Source: Octopus sinensis (lineage: Eukaryota). From it: DNA of 64,000 bases. The translations under genes and the position numbers were made by a program. Of this stretch, positions 1 through 13,481 are shown piece after piece (the stretch's first letter is position 1; each line of letters begins with the position of its first letter). The notes under the pieces were generated by a model. It did no database searches, had not been told where the DNA came from, and saw only the letters and a program-made list of their open reading frames with translations. Location of the stretch: the NCBI RefSeq assembly GCF_006345805.1, contig NC_042997.1, positions 136,214,001-136,278,000 of the forward strand, read 5' to 3'.

Positions 1-194
1 TTTAATATTAAGGTTTTTGAATTGCTTTCCTTCAAAATAATTTTCAAATTCCAAATTTGATAAGTTCAAATAATGCGTTTACTATAACTCTGGTTTTATG
101 AAAGTTGTGTCAAGAAAACGAATTTTAATTCTCTAACGAATAGAGTAGTAATTTAAGCTGTTTTTAAGAACTTTAATCAACTACAGTATAGAGC

Positions 195-455
195 ATTAAT
201 AAGAAAATGGGAGACAAACGAATAAACGGTTAGCTATGATCTTCATTAGCTTACAGCTGTTTCTGCTATAATATCCAGTGGGCACATGGTTGAGTGCCTG
301 AGTATTACCTTCTAGCTTCATCGGAGCCTCGAATATGAAGTGCAATTTATTTGGGATCAGAATTAAATGTGAGTCCACTGCATCTTATTGCAGAAATAGC
401 TGTAAGCCAATGAAGTTCATAAGATAATCGTTCGCCATCTAATTTTCTAATATAT
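195..455. mobile_element. Penelope-type pseudo-LTR fragment arranged as imperfect inverted repeat
   Basis: cttcattagcttacagctgtttctgctataa (241-271) is the reverse complement of 385-415 with 3 mismatches; weaker similarity extends outward; left arm carries a hammerhead-like motif. Confidence 0.6.
248..328 (-). ncRNA. Minimal type-I hammerhead ribozyme-like motif (U4C core, long loop II)
   Basis: Minus strand: ggct-CCGATGA-a-gcta[loop]tagc-a-GAA-ACAGCTGT-A-agct; palindromic stem III, GUA triplet; the partner arm reads agcc, which pairs fully with ggct. Confidence 0.6.
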
Positions 456-737
456 ATGTAATAAAATATATATTAATAAAAAAAAAGAAAATAAAAAGAA
501 AATATATTTTTCTTAATCGCGAAAGTATTAACTTTTAACCGTGATGAACTGTATTCACATATATTCAAACATTTTTTCTCGCACTTTCTTATATGCTTGT
601 ACAGATGAATTATATTCCATCTTCCGTGATGTCTAAATGTATATTCTATGATTAAATGTTCGAGTTATGAAATGTTATTGGATGACCTTGCATTTGTTTG
701 TTCTATAACTTTAGTTTGATATATATATATATATATA

Positions 738-1885
738 CCAGGTCATTAAGAATGAAATGTTCGATTTTCTTATGCACCAAGTTTTATCCTGACAGTTCTT
801 TGTTTTACAACATTGAAGAGTTACTTCATAACATTTCGAAATGCAATTCATGGTACCCGACTATATTGTGAGATTTCTCTTGTAAATCAGTTTTCGTGAA
901 CCCATAATTAGATCAAAAATTCGTGTTGGTTATGAATATGAGTTCCGTCGTGGAACCAAATTATCCCAGACAGCTCGAAACATCAATGAATGTTTGGCGA
1001 AGATGTGACCAATGAGCGCACTGTACGTCGATGAATTGAGAAGTTCCGGTCTGGTGACTTTACTCTTGAAAATCAGCCCCGTGGTAGACCTTGGACCAAG
1101 GTAAATAATGGTGAGCTGGAAACTGTAATAGAAGTGGGAACATCTCAAACTGCGCGTGAGTTAGCGTCAAGGTTTGATGTTTCGATTCCAACTGTATTGG
1201 ACCATCGGAAACAAATCGGTAAGGTAAAGAAGGTGGACAAGTGGGTACCACACGAACTGAAGGTGCATCAAATGACACGTCGTCTTGAAACTTGCAATTC
1301 TTTGCTGTTACAGCATAAAAGCGCACCATTTTTGCATCGTATTGTTACGTGTGATGAAAATAGATTCTTTTCAACAATAGCAAGCATTCTGCACGGTGGT
1401 TGGATAGAGACGAAGTGCTAAAACACAATCCAAAAAAGAATATTCATCAAAAAAAGCTAATGGTATCTGTTTGGTGGTCCAGGGCTGATGTCATCTTCTA
1501 CGGCTTCATGGGACCTGGTAAGTCAATTACAGCGGATGTATACATCGACAAAGTGGATGAAATGATGAGTGAACTTGCAATTAAACAACCGAGATTGGTC
1601 AATAAAGACAGGCCAATTCTCTTGCAAGACCACATGTTGCACAAGGAATGTTACTCAAGTTACAGAAACTTCAAATCTGAAGAAGATGCAAAACAGCCTT
1701 TTGTGATTTCATCACGTAGTGCCCTCCCAAATTCTTCGCTGCTGGCATAAATAAGCTACTGATAAAATGGCAAAATTGCGTTGATAATTTAGGTGCATGC
1801 TTTCATTAACTGCGTTGCTTTTTGTTGAGATAAAATAAAATAAACTTTCGGCTCAAAATCGGGCATTTCATTCTTAATGACCTGA
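738..1885 (+). mobile_element. Mariner (cecropia-like) DNA transposon, internally deleted, frameshifted transposase
   Basis: About 31-bp TIRs ccaggtcattaagaatgaaatgttcgatttt / aaaatcgggcatttcattcttaatgacctga flanked by TA (736-737, 1886-1887); KWVPHEL, FLHRIVTCDE, KKLMVSVWW, LLQD motifs; YSPDL/third-D segment deleted. Confidence 0.93.
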
Positions 1886-1894
1886 TACATATAT

Positions 1895-1947
<53 letters not shown>

Positions 1948-2194
1948 CACACACACATATATATGTATGTATGTATGTATGTATATACATACACAACATA
2001 CATACGCCTCTTGAGTTCTGAGCCTGTGTATTAGTGTTGATTTACTCATCTTGAAGACATTTACAAGAATTTTGACTGAACACCGAAAGCTGGCTGAACC
2101 ATTGTTAAATATGTGATACGCAGATCATTTATTCTTTAAATTTGTGTTATGTGCCTATTATTGGCTTATTTTACAGACAGTTAGAGGCACACAT

Positions 2195-2240
<46 letters not shown>

Positions 2241-2273
2241 GGACGGATGGATGGATGGATAGATGGATGGATG

Positions 2274-2320
<47 letters not shown>
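2195..2320. repeat. Compound microsatellite (AG)n-(ACAG)n-(GGAT)n-(AGAT)n
   Basis: Direct reading. Confidence 0.95.
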
Positions 2321-2704
2321 GCCTTTTCCTTCGCATATAGCAATGCGGATAAAATGCTCGGCTTAAAACCATCTTCATTAAGAAATACGTTATTGAAAGA
2401 TAAGCAGGAATCGAAGAGTAAAACATACAAATATAACCTGAATTTGATAGAGATTAAAGAAAAGTATCTGGAAAGCAAAATATATTTCTTGATGTGGGAC
2501 TTTAAGGTTTTAAAGTAATAAAATACTAATGAACGTCGAAACGTACGTGTAGAAATAACTAGAATAAAATTTAACGCCAGAGAAACAAAGTAATGTATTG
2601 TGGTAAATGTTACAGTTATATAACAGCATGGCGACTTATCAGTAATTGAAACAAAACAATAAAAGAATAATTATACATACGTGTTTATATATATAAGAAA
2701 ATTG

Positions 2705-2952
2705 AGATAATTAAATTAATAATTATTTATTAATTACCAAATTGGATAACATCTCAGACCGCTGTTTCGATTCAAGACTTTACAAAATTATAATACGAAA
2801 ATGTAAGGGTATATCCTTTTCCACCCCTGATAAGATTCAACTTTAAAATGTTTTAAATTATACTAATTAATTTCTAATGTCTTGAATCGAAGCAGCTATC
2901 AGAGACGATGTCTAATTTTGTAATTAATAAATAATTATTAATTTAATCATCT
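2705..2952. mobile_element. Penelope-type palindrome (about 75-bp arms) with degenerate hammerhead on + strand (2823-2904)
   Basis: Arms 2705-2779 and 2879-2952 are reverse complements; CTGATAA-gattcaa[loop]ttgaatc-GAAG-CAGCTAT-C (G8A and A15.1G; left arm retains GAAA). Confidence 0.6.
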
Positions 2953-3118
2953 TTATATTCTTATTTTCTTAAAACTATTTATAAACTACCCTTTTATCCA
3001 CTTACCTTACAGTTGAATATTAAATGTAATATTCAATACTTTTTGTGATAGGTAATAAACCAGTATATTGATTGGATTTTATTATCCCTTAATGAGAATT
3101 TTAACCTTTAATTGAACA

Positions 3119-3193
<75 letters not shown>

Positions 3194-3382
3194 TGCATAC
3201 ATACATATACATATATATATATACATAAATATATTCATTTATATATACATATATACACATGTACAAAATAAAAACATTTATTTATTATAAATGTATTTGT
3301 GAGTATATATATGTGACTGCGTGTGTACCGTTGGTTATTTTTTTCCTCTGTCTTCCCTTCTCTGGATCTTTCCTTCTCCTAT

Positions 3383-3417
3383 GTTTCCGACGAAGAGCTC
3401 CGCTCGAAACGTTAAAC
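3383..3417 (+). ncRNA. Minimal hammerhead-like motif (U4C) within a Penelope-derived repeat (about 3325-3520)
   Basis: gttt-CCGACGA-a-gagc-tcc-gctc-GAA-ACGT-T-aaac; stems I and II pair perfectly; downstream ttcctgagcgt shared with copies at 58.3 and 61.7 kb; repeat ends at a (TA)n tract. Confidence 0.65.
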
Positions 3418-3511
3418 CCTCCTTCTTTCCTTCTTTCCTGAGCGTCCAATAATACTATATTTGTTCCACGTCCTCGCGTTGTTATGTTTTTTTGTGCTTT
3501 CTTGTTTGGAT

Positions 3512-3560
<49 letters not shown>

Positions 3561-4225
3561 ACGAAGTGTACAAATATATATATATATTGCTATATGTATG
3601 TGTATGTGTGTATTTATATATACCAGCTTGTATGTATGTATGTATGTATGTATGTATGTATGTATGTATGTATGTATGTATGTATGTATGTACGCATGCA
3701 TGCAAGCACTGTATGTATATTTCCGGCAGTATAATAACTTGTAGATATTATAAGCTATAATAAATTCTGAAGTCATTCGTAAGTTGAGATAATGATTTTA
3801 TTGATTGAAAGTATTATATAATGTTGCATTGTTCACTGAGTTCCATCTGCAAAGTTATGTTATTCCAGTTCACACGGTAATTTTATTGTTGCATTATTGT
3901 TGACTACCTCCTTTATAGAAAGATGGGAATGGCTCTCTTACATTATAGTAGTATAGATCGTATCTATTAGTACAGCTTTCTGGTACACTATATTCGAGGG
4001 GGATTTGATTCTGCTCTACTGTGTGTTGTGATATGATTCAATACAACTTAATATCTCACTCGATAGAATATTAGTCGCTATCAAATGTACGTCGGTACAA
4101 GTAAATGGGCCAACGACGAAAGCAGGGCTGCCCTATCTTTTCTTGGCGAAGTCTCCGCTTTATTTTCCATAAAATATTGCAAACGTCATAAAATGTCATA
4201 AAATATATATATACATATATATATA

Positions 4226-4286
<61 letters not shown>

Positions 4287-4305
4287 ATATATAATATATA
4301 TATAT

Positions 4306-4373
<68 letters not shown>

Positions 4374-4422
4374 AATAAATGAAAGAATGGAGTCGAACGA
4401 CGATGTTAACAAAATTCCTTTA

Positions 4423-4504
4423 CTCTCGACACATGTTTCGAAGACAGCATATTTTCATTCCGAAGGAATAAAGGGTGTATTATGCAATTTTTTCATCAGG
4501 AAAG
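4423..4504 (-). ncRNA. Hammerhead-like motif with long imperfect stem II
   Basis: Minus: ctttc-CTGATGA...gcata...tatgc...GAA-ACATGTGT-C-gagag; GUC triplet; stem I ctttc/gagag. Confidence 0.5.
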
Positions 4505-5234
4505 AAAGGAAGCCTCTCTCGACAACAAGACAAACAAAAATTTCGATGATTGCCTACATGGTAAACAAAGCGATAATGAGTGTTTTCTTTTAAAAATCCT
4601 TTAGGAGAATTGACGTCAAAAATGGATAGTAGGAGGAAGGAAAGGGATAACGTACTAATGGGTAGGGGACAGTATGTTTGCTGTATGTATGGAAATGTGT
4701 GGGTGTGTGCTTGTGTTAATGAGTGCGTGTGTTTGTGTGTGTGTGTATGTGTGTATGTATAACTGCATTTGTGTCTGTGTGTGTGATTGTGTGTGTGAGA
4801 GAGAGAGACAGACATCAAAGATAGATAGTAGTAAGGGAAGGTATAAAGGAGTAATAGGTAGGGAACAAGTGGAGAGGGAAGTGTACGTTGATTGAAAGAA
4901 TGTTCGAAGGCTTAGGAAAGAATTTCTCTATAGCAGTGGGGTGGACGTGAAGCTAATTGTTCAAACCACAGTGACAACCGTTATCATTTATATGAGTAGA
5001 AAGTGTTTTTGCCAGTGTTTACATTTGTACGATTTTTCTATGAGTGTGTTTACTAGGGGAACCTTAACGAAAAGAATATGGAAGAGTTCAGAGTTACATC
5101 GGTACCCTTAGTAAATACAATGCTGGGTTAGTATGAAAGTTCTGTTAGATTGGTTCATATTGTCTGTATCCTTTCCTTTTGATAAGGGCAGGAGATTTTG
5201 TAACTTTCGAAGAGATCAGTTTAGCATTTTCTCT

Positions 5235-5277
<43 letters not shown>

Positions 5278-5949
5278 TCACAATCTATTCACAAAGGTTA
5301 GTCTTGTTTACACGTACGTCGTGTTCTTCTGTAACATTTGACGTGTCTTTATCGTGAGATTTTTGTTCACATTAGTTGTTATAAGAACATCAGCTTCCAG
5401 ATAGTGTCATTCGTAGTCACCAGTCGTCGCTTCAGGGCCTCAATCATAAGTGCCCGTAGATGTTTTCTAACTCGAAAACAAAATAACAAAAGGCATAAAG
5501 AAATCATCTTACATATATTTTGTCTAATCAAAGTCTTTTAAACCTGAAATGAATTATAAATTTTTATAAAATAAAGATTCTTCTAAACCATAAAAAGACA
5601 AACCCAATTTTCATTTAGTGAAATCAGAGGTAACTTGTAAGAAACATATTAATTACTACAAGTTTTTGGCTACTAATTGTATTCTTAAAGTGTTCAAATT
5701 ACAAGGTTTATCATATATCTTTCCAGTTTATATATCATAAATAAACCCAGAAAAATCTTTTTAAATGAAGTTGTTATTCGACATAGGTATGAGAAAGAAA
5801 CTATCAAAAACCAAGTCACGTGCTAGCTTTGCACAATTTTTGTTGAACACTAAGCTGACAATGCTATTTCAACCAGACATAGATAAAATAGATTCTTAAG
5901 GCGAAGGAAAACATAAAAATTACACATTTATAGTTCAATCTTATTTGTA

Positions 5950-7690
5950 TTTTAAGTGCCATTCCCATACAGTTACAACGGTGGCCATCATTGAATCGTA
6001 ATGTACTTCTAGATCTTGAAAGTTTCATTGCCCAATATCTTGATTGTGTGAAACCCAATATATATTTAACTTTTGAGAGCTTTTTTTATTTATTTATTCT
6101 CTTTTTGTTTTCAAAATCCAAAAGCTTTCTATATCAGCAATGTTCATGTTTATGGGTTTCCTACTTAACGTATTAATTGCGAAATAATTATTTCCATTTT
6201 TCACTGAATTTCCACTAATTTGAAAAGTATTTCTATTGTCTTGCCCATGTGGATTAATAAAAGAGCGCGAGATAAATATAGATGAACTCAGAACTGCAAT
6301 AAATTCAGAAAATCAATTCCGGTAGTTATCAGTGTTTTTAGATTACCTTTGTACTGTTCTTCTGATTCAAGTGTGAGGGTGCTCAGAGCTTATTCATATT
6401 AAGATTTGTTGCAATGTGTTTGTTGGAGTTGGTAAAGATATATTAAATGTAGCAGCAGTTGATACATTTGGAAAATGCTGAAACTTTATATTTGTTATCT
6501 GAAATTTCAAGAACTTAAAATTGATTATGAAAGAATTTATTGATTTGACCATCAATAAAATAATTTTCATTTCTCCATGGAGATCGAAAAGATGACTATT
6601 AACATTAGAGGAATATTGTGATCAACACAATAAGACAGCTAACCACAATGGATCATTTAATTCTGCACTAAATTCATCAAGTTGCTGTTTTAATAATCTG
6701 TGACTAGAGAAGCAGCTTTTCAAGTTCACAAATTATTTTACATTTAATTATCAATCAAGCTTGTGTATAAGGTAAAACCACCATGCTCACTGTCAATTTC
6801 CACCGAAGAGACCAAGATCGAATTGAGTTTATGATTTTAACAATGACCTCTGTGAAGTAACTATATTAACTAAGTTTAAAGCAGAAAATTTATTGATGAC
6901 TGATTCTGTAGTAACTTACGAGCTGAAGAAAACTTCAACATTTATTCTTATCATTACTCGAGTACTGCTTATTGTAAAGGAGACTTTTGAATAGGCAGAG
7001 CGTTTCCGCCAGCAAAATTCTTGAATTCTTGATAAATATTTTCACTGCTCATTTTCCTTTTTGAGGATTGAGAGTTAAAAATTTTACTTCTATACAACTT
7101 TTGTGTTTTCTTTTTTTTTTACTTGTGGAAATCTTACGCATAAAAACACTCAGGTGAGAACTATCAACAATATCAGTTAGCTCATCAAATTACAAGTTAA
7201 ATGAAATCCATATTTTTATTCAACTTTGATTTGTTCCGTAGATTTTTTAAGACATATTTTTCTACTCTATTTGCGACATTTTCAAATAGAAATATGCTAC
7301 CTTCAACCATGCACCCTTTCATCGTTTTCTCATCATCAAAAGCGTTAAAGAGTTTTTTTGTAAGTCCATTTGCAATAATAAAAGATATTGCTGTAGATGC
7401 ATATGGTTTGTAAGCAAGTTTTGTTAAATTTTTTACTCACCAACCAATCCATTTTCGACTGCGTTGCGTGAAACATTTCTCGATGCAAGATGGTATGATA
7501 TTCGAAATTCTTAATCTTGTGACGTTTTGAAAAATAGCGTTCAGCATTGCATCTCTCACAATGTGTTACAATACTCTGCTATATCATGCTGACCCTCATT
7601 TCTTTAAAACAGATAACAAAATATTTATCTTCCTAGCCCTTCTGAAGGTTATCGTTGTGAGTTTGTTTCTTTGATATTGTGATTAACAAA
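5950..7690 (-). mobile_element. Fossil hAT transposase (GTF2IRD2/SPIN/Charlie-like), many stops and frameshifts
   Basis: Minus-strand translations CNAERYFSKRHK (BED-finger region), FDELTDIVDSSHLSVFMR (DESTD-like catalytic motif), ENIYQEFKNFAGGNALPIQK, VKIINSIRSWSLR, FQHFPNV in the expected order; termini not identified. Confidence 0.75.
6366..6446. repeat. 81-bp dispersed repeat, second copy at 9153-9233
   Basis: ttcaagtgtgagggtgctcag...ggtaaagatatRttaa, 6 mismatches between copies. Confidence 0.9.
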
Positions 7691-8763
7691 AGTTTATAAA
7701 AAAAAAACACTAAATTGATCAAACATCAGCTATAGAAATTTTACTGAACTAAAATAACGAACCCGGATATATCCTTCGTGTGACATTCTGAGTAATAAAA
7801 TTATCAAGAGCAGCAACAAAGTTACAAACCGAAATATCGAGCGTCATTTTATAAACTATGAAAAAGGGTTCAACAAATGTGGAATTAGTTTGACACTACT
7901 CTACAAAGTGTGCCTAGTTAAGATTTTGTTACGAAATATTTTCGATCTTGAAGTACAGATATTGTGTCCCTTGTGAACATATATCGAATGCATGTTCAAG
8001 AACAGTAGAAAGAATAAAGTCGAGTCTAATTGTGGTGTTCATTCTACATTGTTTTCAGCAATTTAGCTGAGTTCGTGGGGAAATGCTTTTGGAAGAGCTA
8101 CTAGTGATGCTTTACAATTATTATCAGTTGTATTATACCAGCTGATTATATTTTAATGTAATTTAATATACACTAATTGTTATTATACGTTTGTATATCT
8201 GTTTACATTTAAAGAGAGAGAAGCCACAGAAAAACGACACACTAAAAAGCAGAGTGAACAATGACGATATAATTTCATTGCCAAATATTTCCATTACTCA
8301 TAATCCATTATTAAGTAATGGTCTTCTGAACTGTTTCTAATTTTAAAACATCCTCTTCTAGCATAAACATTTTCTGCTCTTTTATACCTTTCTCCCAACC
8401 TGAACAAATGCAGCAATTTTTATCTATGATACTTCACTTTTTCCCCTCATTTTAACTCAGCACCAAAATTTTCCCAAAACATCAGTATTGAGAATAAACC
8501 GTGAAGTCTCAGCTACTGTATTATCAGATATTTTGTATTCCTGAATTATGGTCTAAACCGCTGCAACGTTTTTTGGTTGAACCCTTCTTTGCATTGGATT
8601 CGACGATCTGCATTGTTCGCAGTAGCTTCTTGCTCGACATGAAGCTCAAGTATTAAATCGAAAATGAGTACACCATGAATATTTTACGTGCCTTAACCAC
8701 ATGATTATCCCCAAAACTTCCATACCAGCCCATCTTTTTACTATTACATCCATATTACGAAGA

Positions 8764-8796
<33 letters not shown>

Positions 8797-8814
8797 GCGT
8801 GTGCGCGTGCGGCG

Positions 8815-8968
8815 TATTTCTAAGGGGCCAGGCCAACACACCTCTGAACGGAATGCCAGTTTGTTGCATGCTTACCCAGTTACAGCTGGAAGGACAGGAA
8901 CAACATGAAATAAAGGGTTTTACTCAAGATAACAACGTACTCTTGGGTCTGGGAATCGAAACCACAAT
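8815..8968 (-). mobile_element. tRNA-derived SINE fragment
   Basis: Reverse complement resembles the 62385 SINE head and body (caacatgaaataaagggttttactcaag; gggaatcgaaaccacaatc). Other degenerate copies near 9030-9150, 14040-14190, 21570-21750, 23100-23420, 26690-26877, 34560-34660, 38050-38180, 39290-39420, 53570-53640. Confidence 0.7.
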
Positions 8969-10759
8969 CACACACACACACTCACAGACAGTGACAGAGA
9001 CAGAGACAGAGAGATGACGGTGCATAGATCAGTCTTTATGGTGTTAGATTCACGATCATACGATCTTAAATTTGATTCTTGGACCGGGCAGCACGTTAAG
9101 TCCGTGAGAATGACATTTCTTGTCACGTTGTTCTACGCAGTTGAAAAATGAGTTCAAGTGTGAGGGTGCTCAGGGCTTATTCATATCAAGATTTGTTGCA
9201 CTGTGTCTGTTTGAGTTGGTAAAGATATGTTAACTAGTAAAATAATTTTAGATCATTTTAAAGTTACGTCTAGTAATATTAGATGTGACAATTGACAGTT
9301 GAGAAGGCCAACGAAACCCACACATGCACTTGGGACAATGCTACATGCAGTTAGATTCATGACTGGAATTTTCTTATAAATTAGAACACCGATTTTATAC
9401 CGATTGCCTCCACTGCACTATTTGTCACAACTAAATGATTCTCCAGCATTTGTATGCCTTTGGAATACCGCTTGAAAGCAATGAGAAGTGATTCACCAAT
9501 TATTGGTCAAAGACAGACTGCAAAGTAGTCACTCTGAATGGTTCTGACAACACGACCAGGCAGGAATTTTCTTCTTATCAGTATTAGATTCTGCTTATCA
9601 ACATTAGATAGATTTTTTTCTGGGAAAGCAACCGACGTCTGTCAGGTTGCTATATATACGGCTACGCCATAAACCCTCAAATAATATTACGTTTCAACTA
9701 TTAGTCAGCGTCATCACTCGTTATAAGAGAGTCATTGTTATAGCTGAGGTGTAGACCCTGGTCAGATGTGCTGCTGGTCGACCAAACTTATAAGTTCGCT
9801 TTTCCTTATTATGTGAGAAATATGTGCATGTGGTACAAATATCTTTTGACTTTCCTGTTTTGTTTTCTTGTTTATCGTATTCACTATTAGTTTATCGTGT
9901 ACATATAATCCTTTTTAAGATATAGGGCAGCGTTTGATGCAGATTTGATAGAAAATTACTTCAACTAGAGCAACTACATAGATACGGGCCAGTTTATTCT
10001 GTCAATGATAGCTAAATAAAGCAAACTTCATTTTAAAATTTTCATGTAGAATGCTTTATCGCTTATATTTCTTGCTTCCTTATATTTTAGCAATTATAAT
10101 ATATGATGACTATGCAAAAATTTGCATAGTTATCATATGGACGCTGGCATACTGGGCACTGGCAAAGTGACTTCTCCGAACTAATGTTCGTCTGCGGCTA
10201 ACATTGGGTCATGATTGCTGTCAGCATCTATATTTTATAAGCTAATTTCTGATCTTGAACGTTTTCTGTTTTCTGTTTACGTATTCAGAAATAATATTCC
10301 ACTCACTAGTTTTCTTACTGATAGTGGTTGTCAGCGACAATCCAGCAGACACAAGATATTTCTAGTCGTGATTTGCAGTTGTTTTTCACATCCATGACTA
10401 AATTAACCAATGTTTTCTACTTTTTTTTATAGGAAGAGTGTAATTTGAACCAAATTTTGCTCTTTTCTACTAGTTCTATGATCACACAGAGACCTCCCTT
10501 TCATTATCTTTGAGTTACAATGGATGATAGAATTTTGGTGGGAAAGGATTCATTTTAGGATAAATATTTTGATATTGTCAATGTGATACATCGCTTGGAT
10601 AATTCAAATCTGAAACAAATCTCTCTCAAATCTTTCATAAACATTATTTTCCAGAAATTAAATTAAACAGCATGATAATATCTGGAATCTCAGGAACTTG
10701 GGGGTAGTCTGACGCAATAATATTTAAACTTAAAGAGATTTTGCAGAAGAGTTCGACTG

Positions 10760-12000
10760 TGTGAGGAGTAAAGTGTCTAATGGCCTAGTTTTTAGTCAGC
10801 CGCTGGAGTGATGATGTGGGGAATAAGGTTGAGGAATGATGAATGTGATATGATAAGTGAGGTGGAAGGCTTCTGGTGAGTGTGATTTATGTGCGAGGTG
10901 AACATAGGAGAATGAAGCTAAGGATGGGAGCGGACGATAGAGGAAGCCGAGGTTTAACCAATAGATTGAGAGATCAAATGAAGATATATAAAAGAAAAAA
11001 GTGTGAAGGTATGTGTGGGAGCAATGAGCAAAGGTATATATAGAAATTTGACGGCTGGAGAAAAATCATAGCAAAGGTGGTCAAAAATTGAATGATGTAA
11101 ATGATAAATACAGATGAACTCCTTCACAAGGAAACACAAACACAGATGTACAAACATATCCAAACAAAACTGTGATGGAGGAAGAGGATGTCTGGAATCT
11201 TTCTAGAAAATTTGTTACAGGGATAACGAAAAATTGTTTAGTATAGTTTTGACAGATGAAACGGTATGGAGATGAAAGAGGGCCTAGAGAGGGAAGCGTA
11301 AAGTTGAAGACAAAATTTGCAATACAAACTTTGGACGGTCGAACAAAAATGTTGTATGAAATGACCAAAATACCAGTATAAGCTAAACCTATACAAAGCC
11401 CTCTGGCGGACACTTTTGCAGATGCATTAGTACAGAAACATACACAAACGCTGATAGTTGTTTAGGAGAAGAAGAACCAGGTATAGCAACGCAGAAAGGA
11501 GCACGCGTATGTCCATGTTTGATGTGCTAAGAGAAAGCAGTAAGTCACATACATTTTGACCTGGAGACCAACGGGAGTGTTTCATGAAGGAGTCGAATCG
11601 TAGAATATAAGGTAAGAAGAGAAGAGATCATGACACCATGTGGGCGGGTTCTTGGCGTGTGTACGTTAGAAGGGCTGTCGAAGTTCGGTCGATATAAGAC
11701 AGCGTTCTTGACATGCTGAAGGTGCCCACGCAAAAAGAAAGTATTTTTAATCGCTTCGATTTGATATTGAAACTGGGGCATTCACTACTATGGCAATGAT
11801 GACATTTGAATCGTGAGAAAAGGGTGCCAGATTTAGTATGTATGGAGTAAGAGAATAGACAGTCGAGGTAAGAAGTATAGAGGTTTAAACTGATATGAGG
11901 GTGTGTGGATATTATAGATGGAGACAGGCGTTCGTGTAAGTATAAGAGATGGGGAAGTGAATCCCAGATTAGGGTCGCAATTAAAGAAAGTTACTTTCGA
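10760..12000 (-). mobile_element. Highly decayed Penelope-like element body (RT thumb to GIY-YIG region)
   Basis: Minus-strand fragments VSIYNIHTPSYQFKP, HTKSGTLFSR, TLSYIDRTSTAL, TYACSFLRCYT resemble the PLE thumb and Cys-rich linker in order; followed by a CT-rich tail. Recognised by eye only. Confidence 0.45.
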
Positions 12001-13373
12001 GTGGGTGAGATGACTTCGAGATATTCATTTATATAACTGCGGTATAGCTCAAGAATTGGTCTAGTAAACCTCGTAAAATAATGATCCTTAATGTGATCTA
12101 TTTGGTACCCAATGCTACTCTGCTCACATATTGTTAGAAATATTCAATAAAAAAGCTATGTACAGTGAAGATTTGATCCATGTGTAGTGCAGTAAAGAAA
12201 GAAACATTTAACGGTCAATTAGCTGTTGTCGTGAGTGATGATGATGTAAGTAGACTTGACATTCACGTTAAAAAAAGGCATTTGGAGAGCCTAGAAAGAA
12301 AGAAAAACGAGTTAAAGGGGTGTGGAGAACATGACGGGTATTCTTGATCCAGGTTGGGTGAGAGACAACCAGAAACGGCGGCAGGTTGATATGAGCTCCA
12401 ACTGGAGAGAATATGATTTATTGAGTTTCTAAATTTGAGGAAATAGCAAGAAATTCAAAGGTTTTGTTTAAGAGATTGGTGGTTTAAGCCAAATAAGAAG
12501 AAAACAAGAGATGATATATTTTGAAAGACTACTCATCCTAATTTGATGATACAATTCCAGTCTATATAGATACGTATTCCAAACAACTCGGGTTAACAAA
12601 TTTGGTGACAAGCGATGACGTGTATGGCTGACGTGTAAATCAAGTTCACGATGTGAAAATCGAAAAATTCAAATTGTAGTGGCATGTGTATATGATTAAT
12701 TCCATGGAGTTATACAGACCGAAATTAAGTATCACGTCACGGAGAACTGATAATACTTGAATCTGTAAACCTCTCATTCACTGAAAGCTCGTATTCCTTA
12801 TTACAATAAAGTCCACAAAGGAGTTCAACGAAGAAACCGCTTTGCCTAGGTGCATGAATGTAACTCACCCAGCGTGCAGATGAGTGGAATGAATTTGAAA
12901 CTTCCGTCTAGAATTGAGATTTCGGTGCCAAAGAGGCGTACAACATGTGACGGTGTGAGATGTAGGTGTGATGGGAAACTGAACTGACTGGTTGTTATGT
13001 TACCGTGCTTTATTGGTGATAACAAAATCGAAAAGAAAACACTTAAATGAAAGATTAATAGCGTTATACGCTAGGTGTTATATAAAAGGTTAACAGTACG
13101 GGAAAATAAGCATTAATGTAGCCATAAAAATTTAATGACTTGTCTTCAACGATAAAAGTCTCTGGTTTCACGGAGACAAGAGCACAGCCAGGTCATGAGT
13201 GGTTTAAGTCCAATTATCTTTAATTTAAAATATTACTATTCATATACATATGCATGTGTATCATGTGTATAAATACATATATGTGTGTGTGTGTGTGTGT
13301 ATGTGTGTGTGTATTTGACAATATATATGTGTATACATGCGTATACATGTATATACATAAATATACACATACA

Positions 13374-13409
<36 letters not shown>

Positions 13410-13439
13410 GATATATATATGTGTGTGTGTATGTGTGTG

Positions 13440-13481
<42 letters not shown>

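Noticed and set aside
2527-2548. ctaatgaacgtcgaaacgta hammerhead-like string
   Set aside because: G5A change, no stem II and no stem I pairing
5433-5445. cagggcctcaa as a possible hAT terminus
   Set aside because: No matching opposite end with an 8-bp TSD was found
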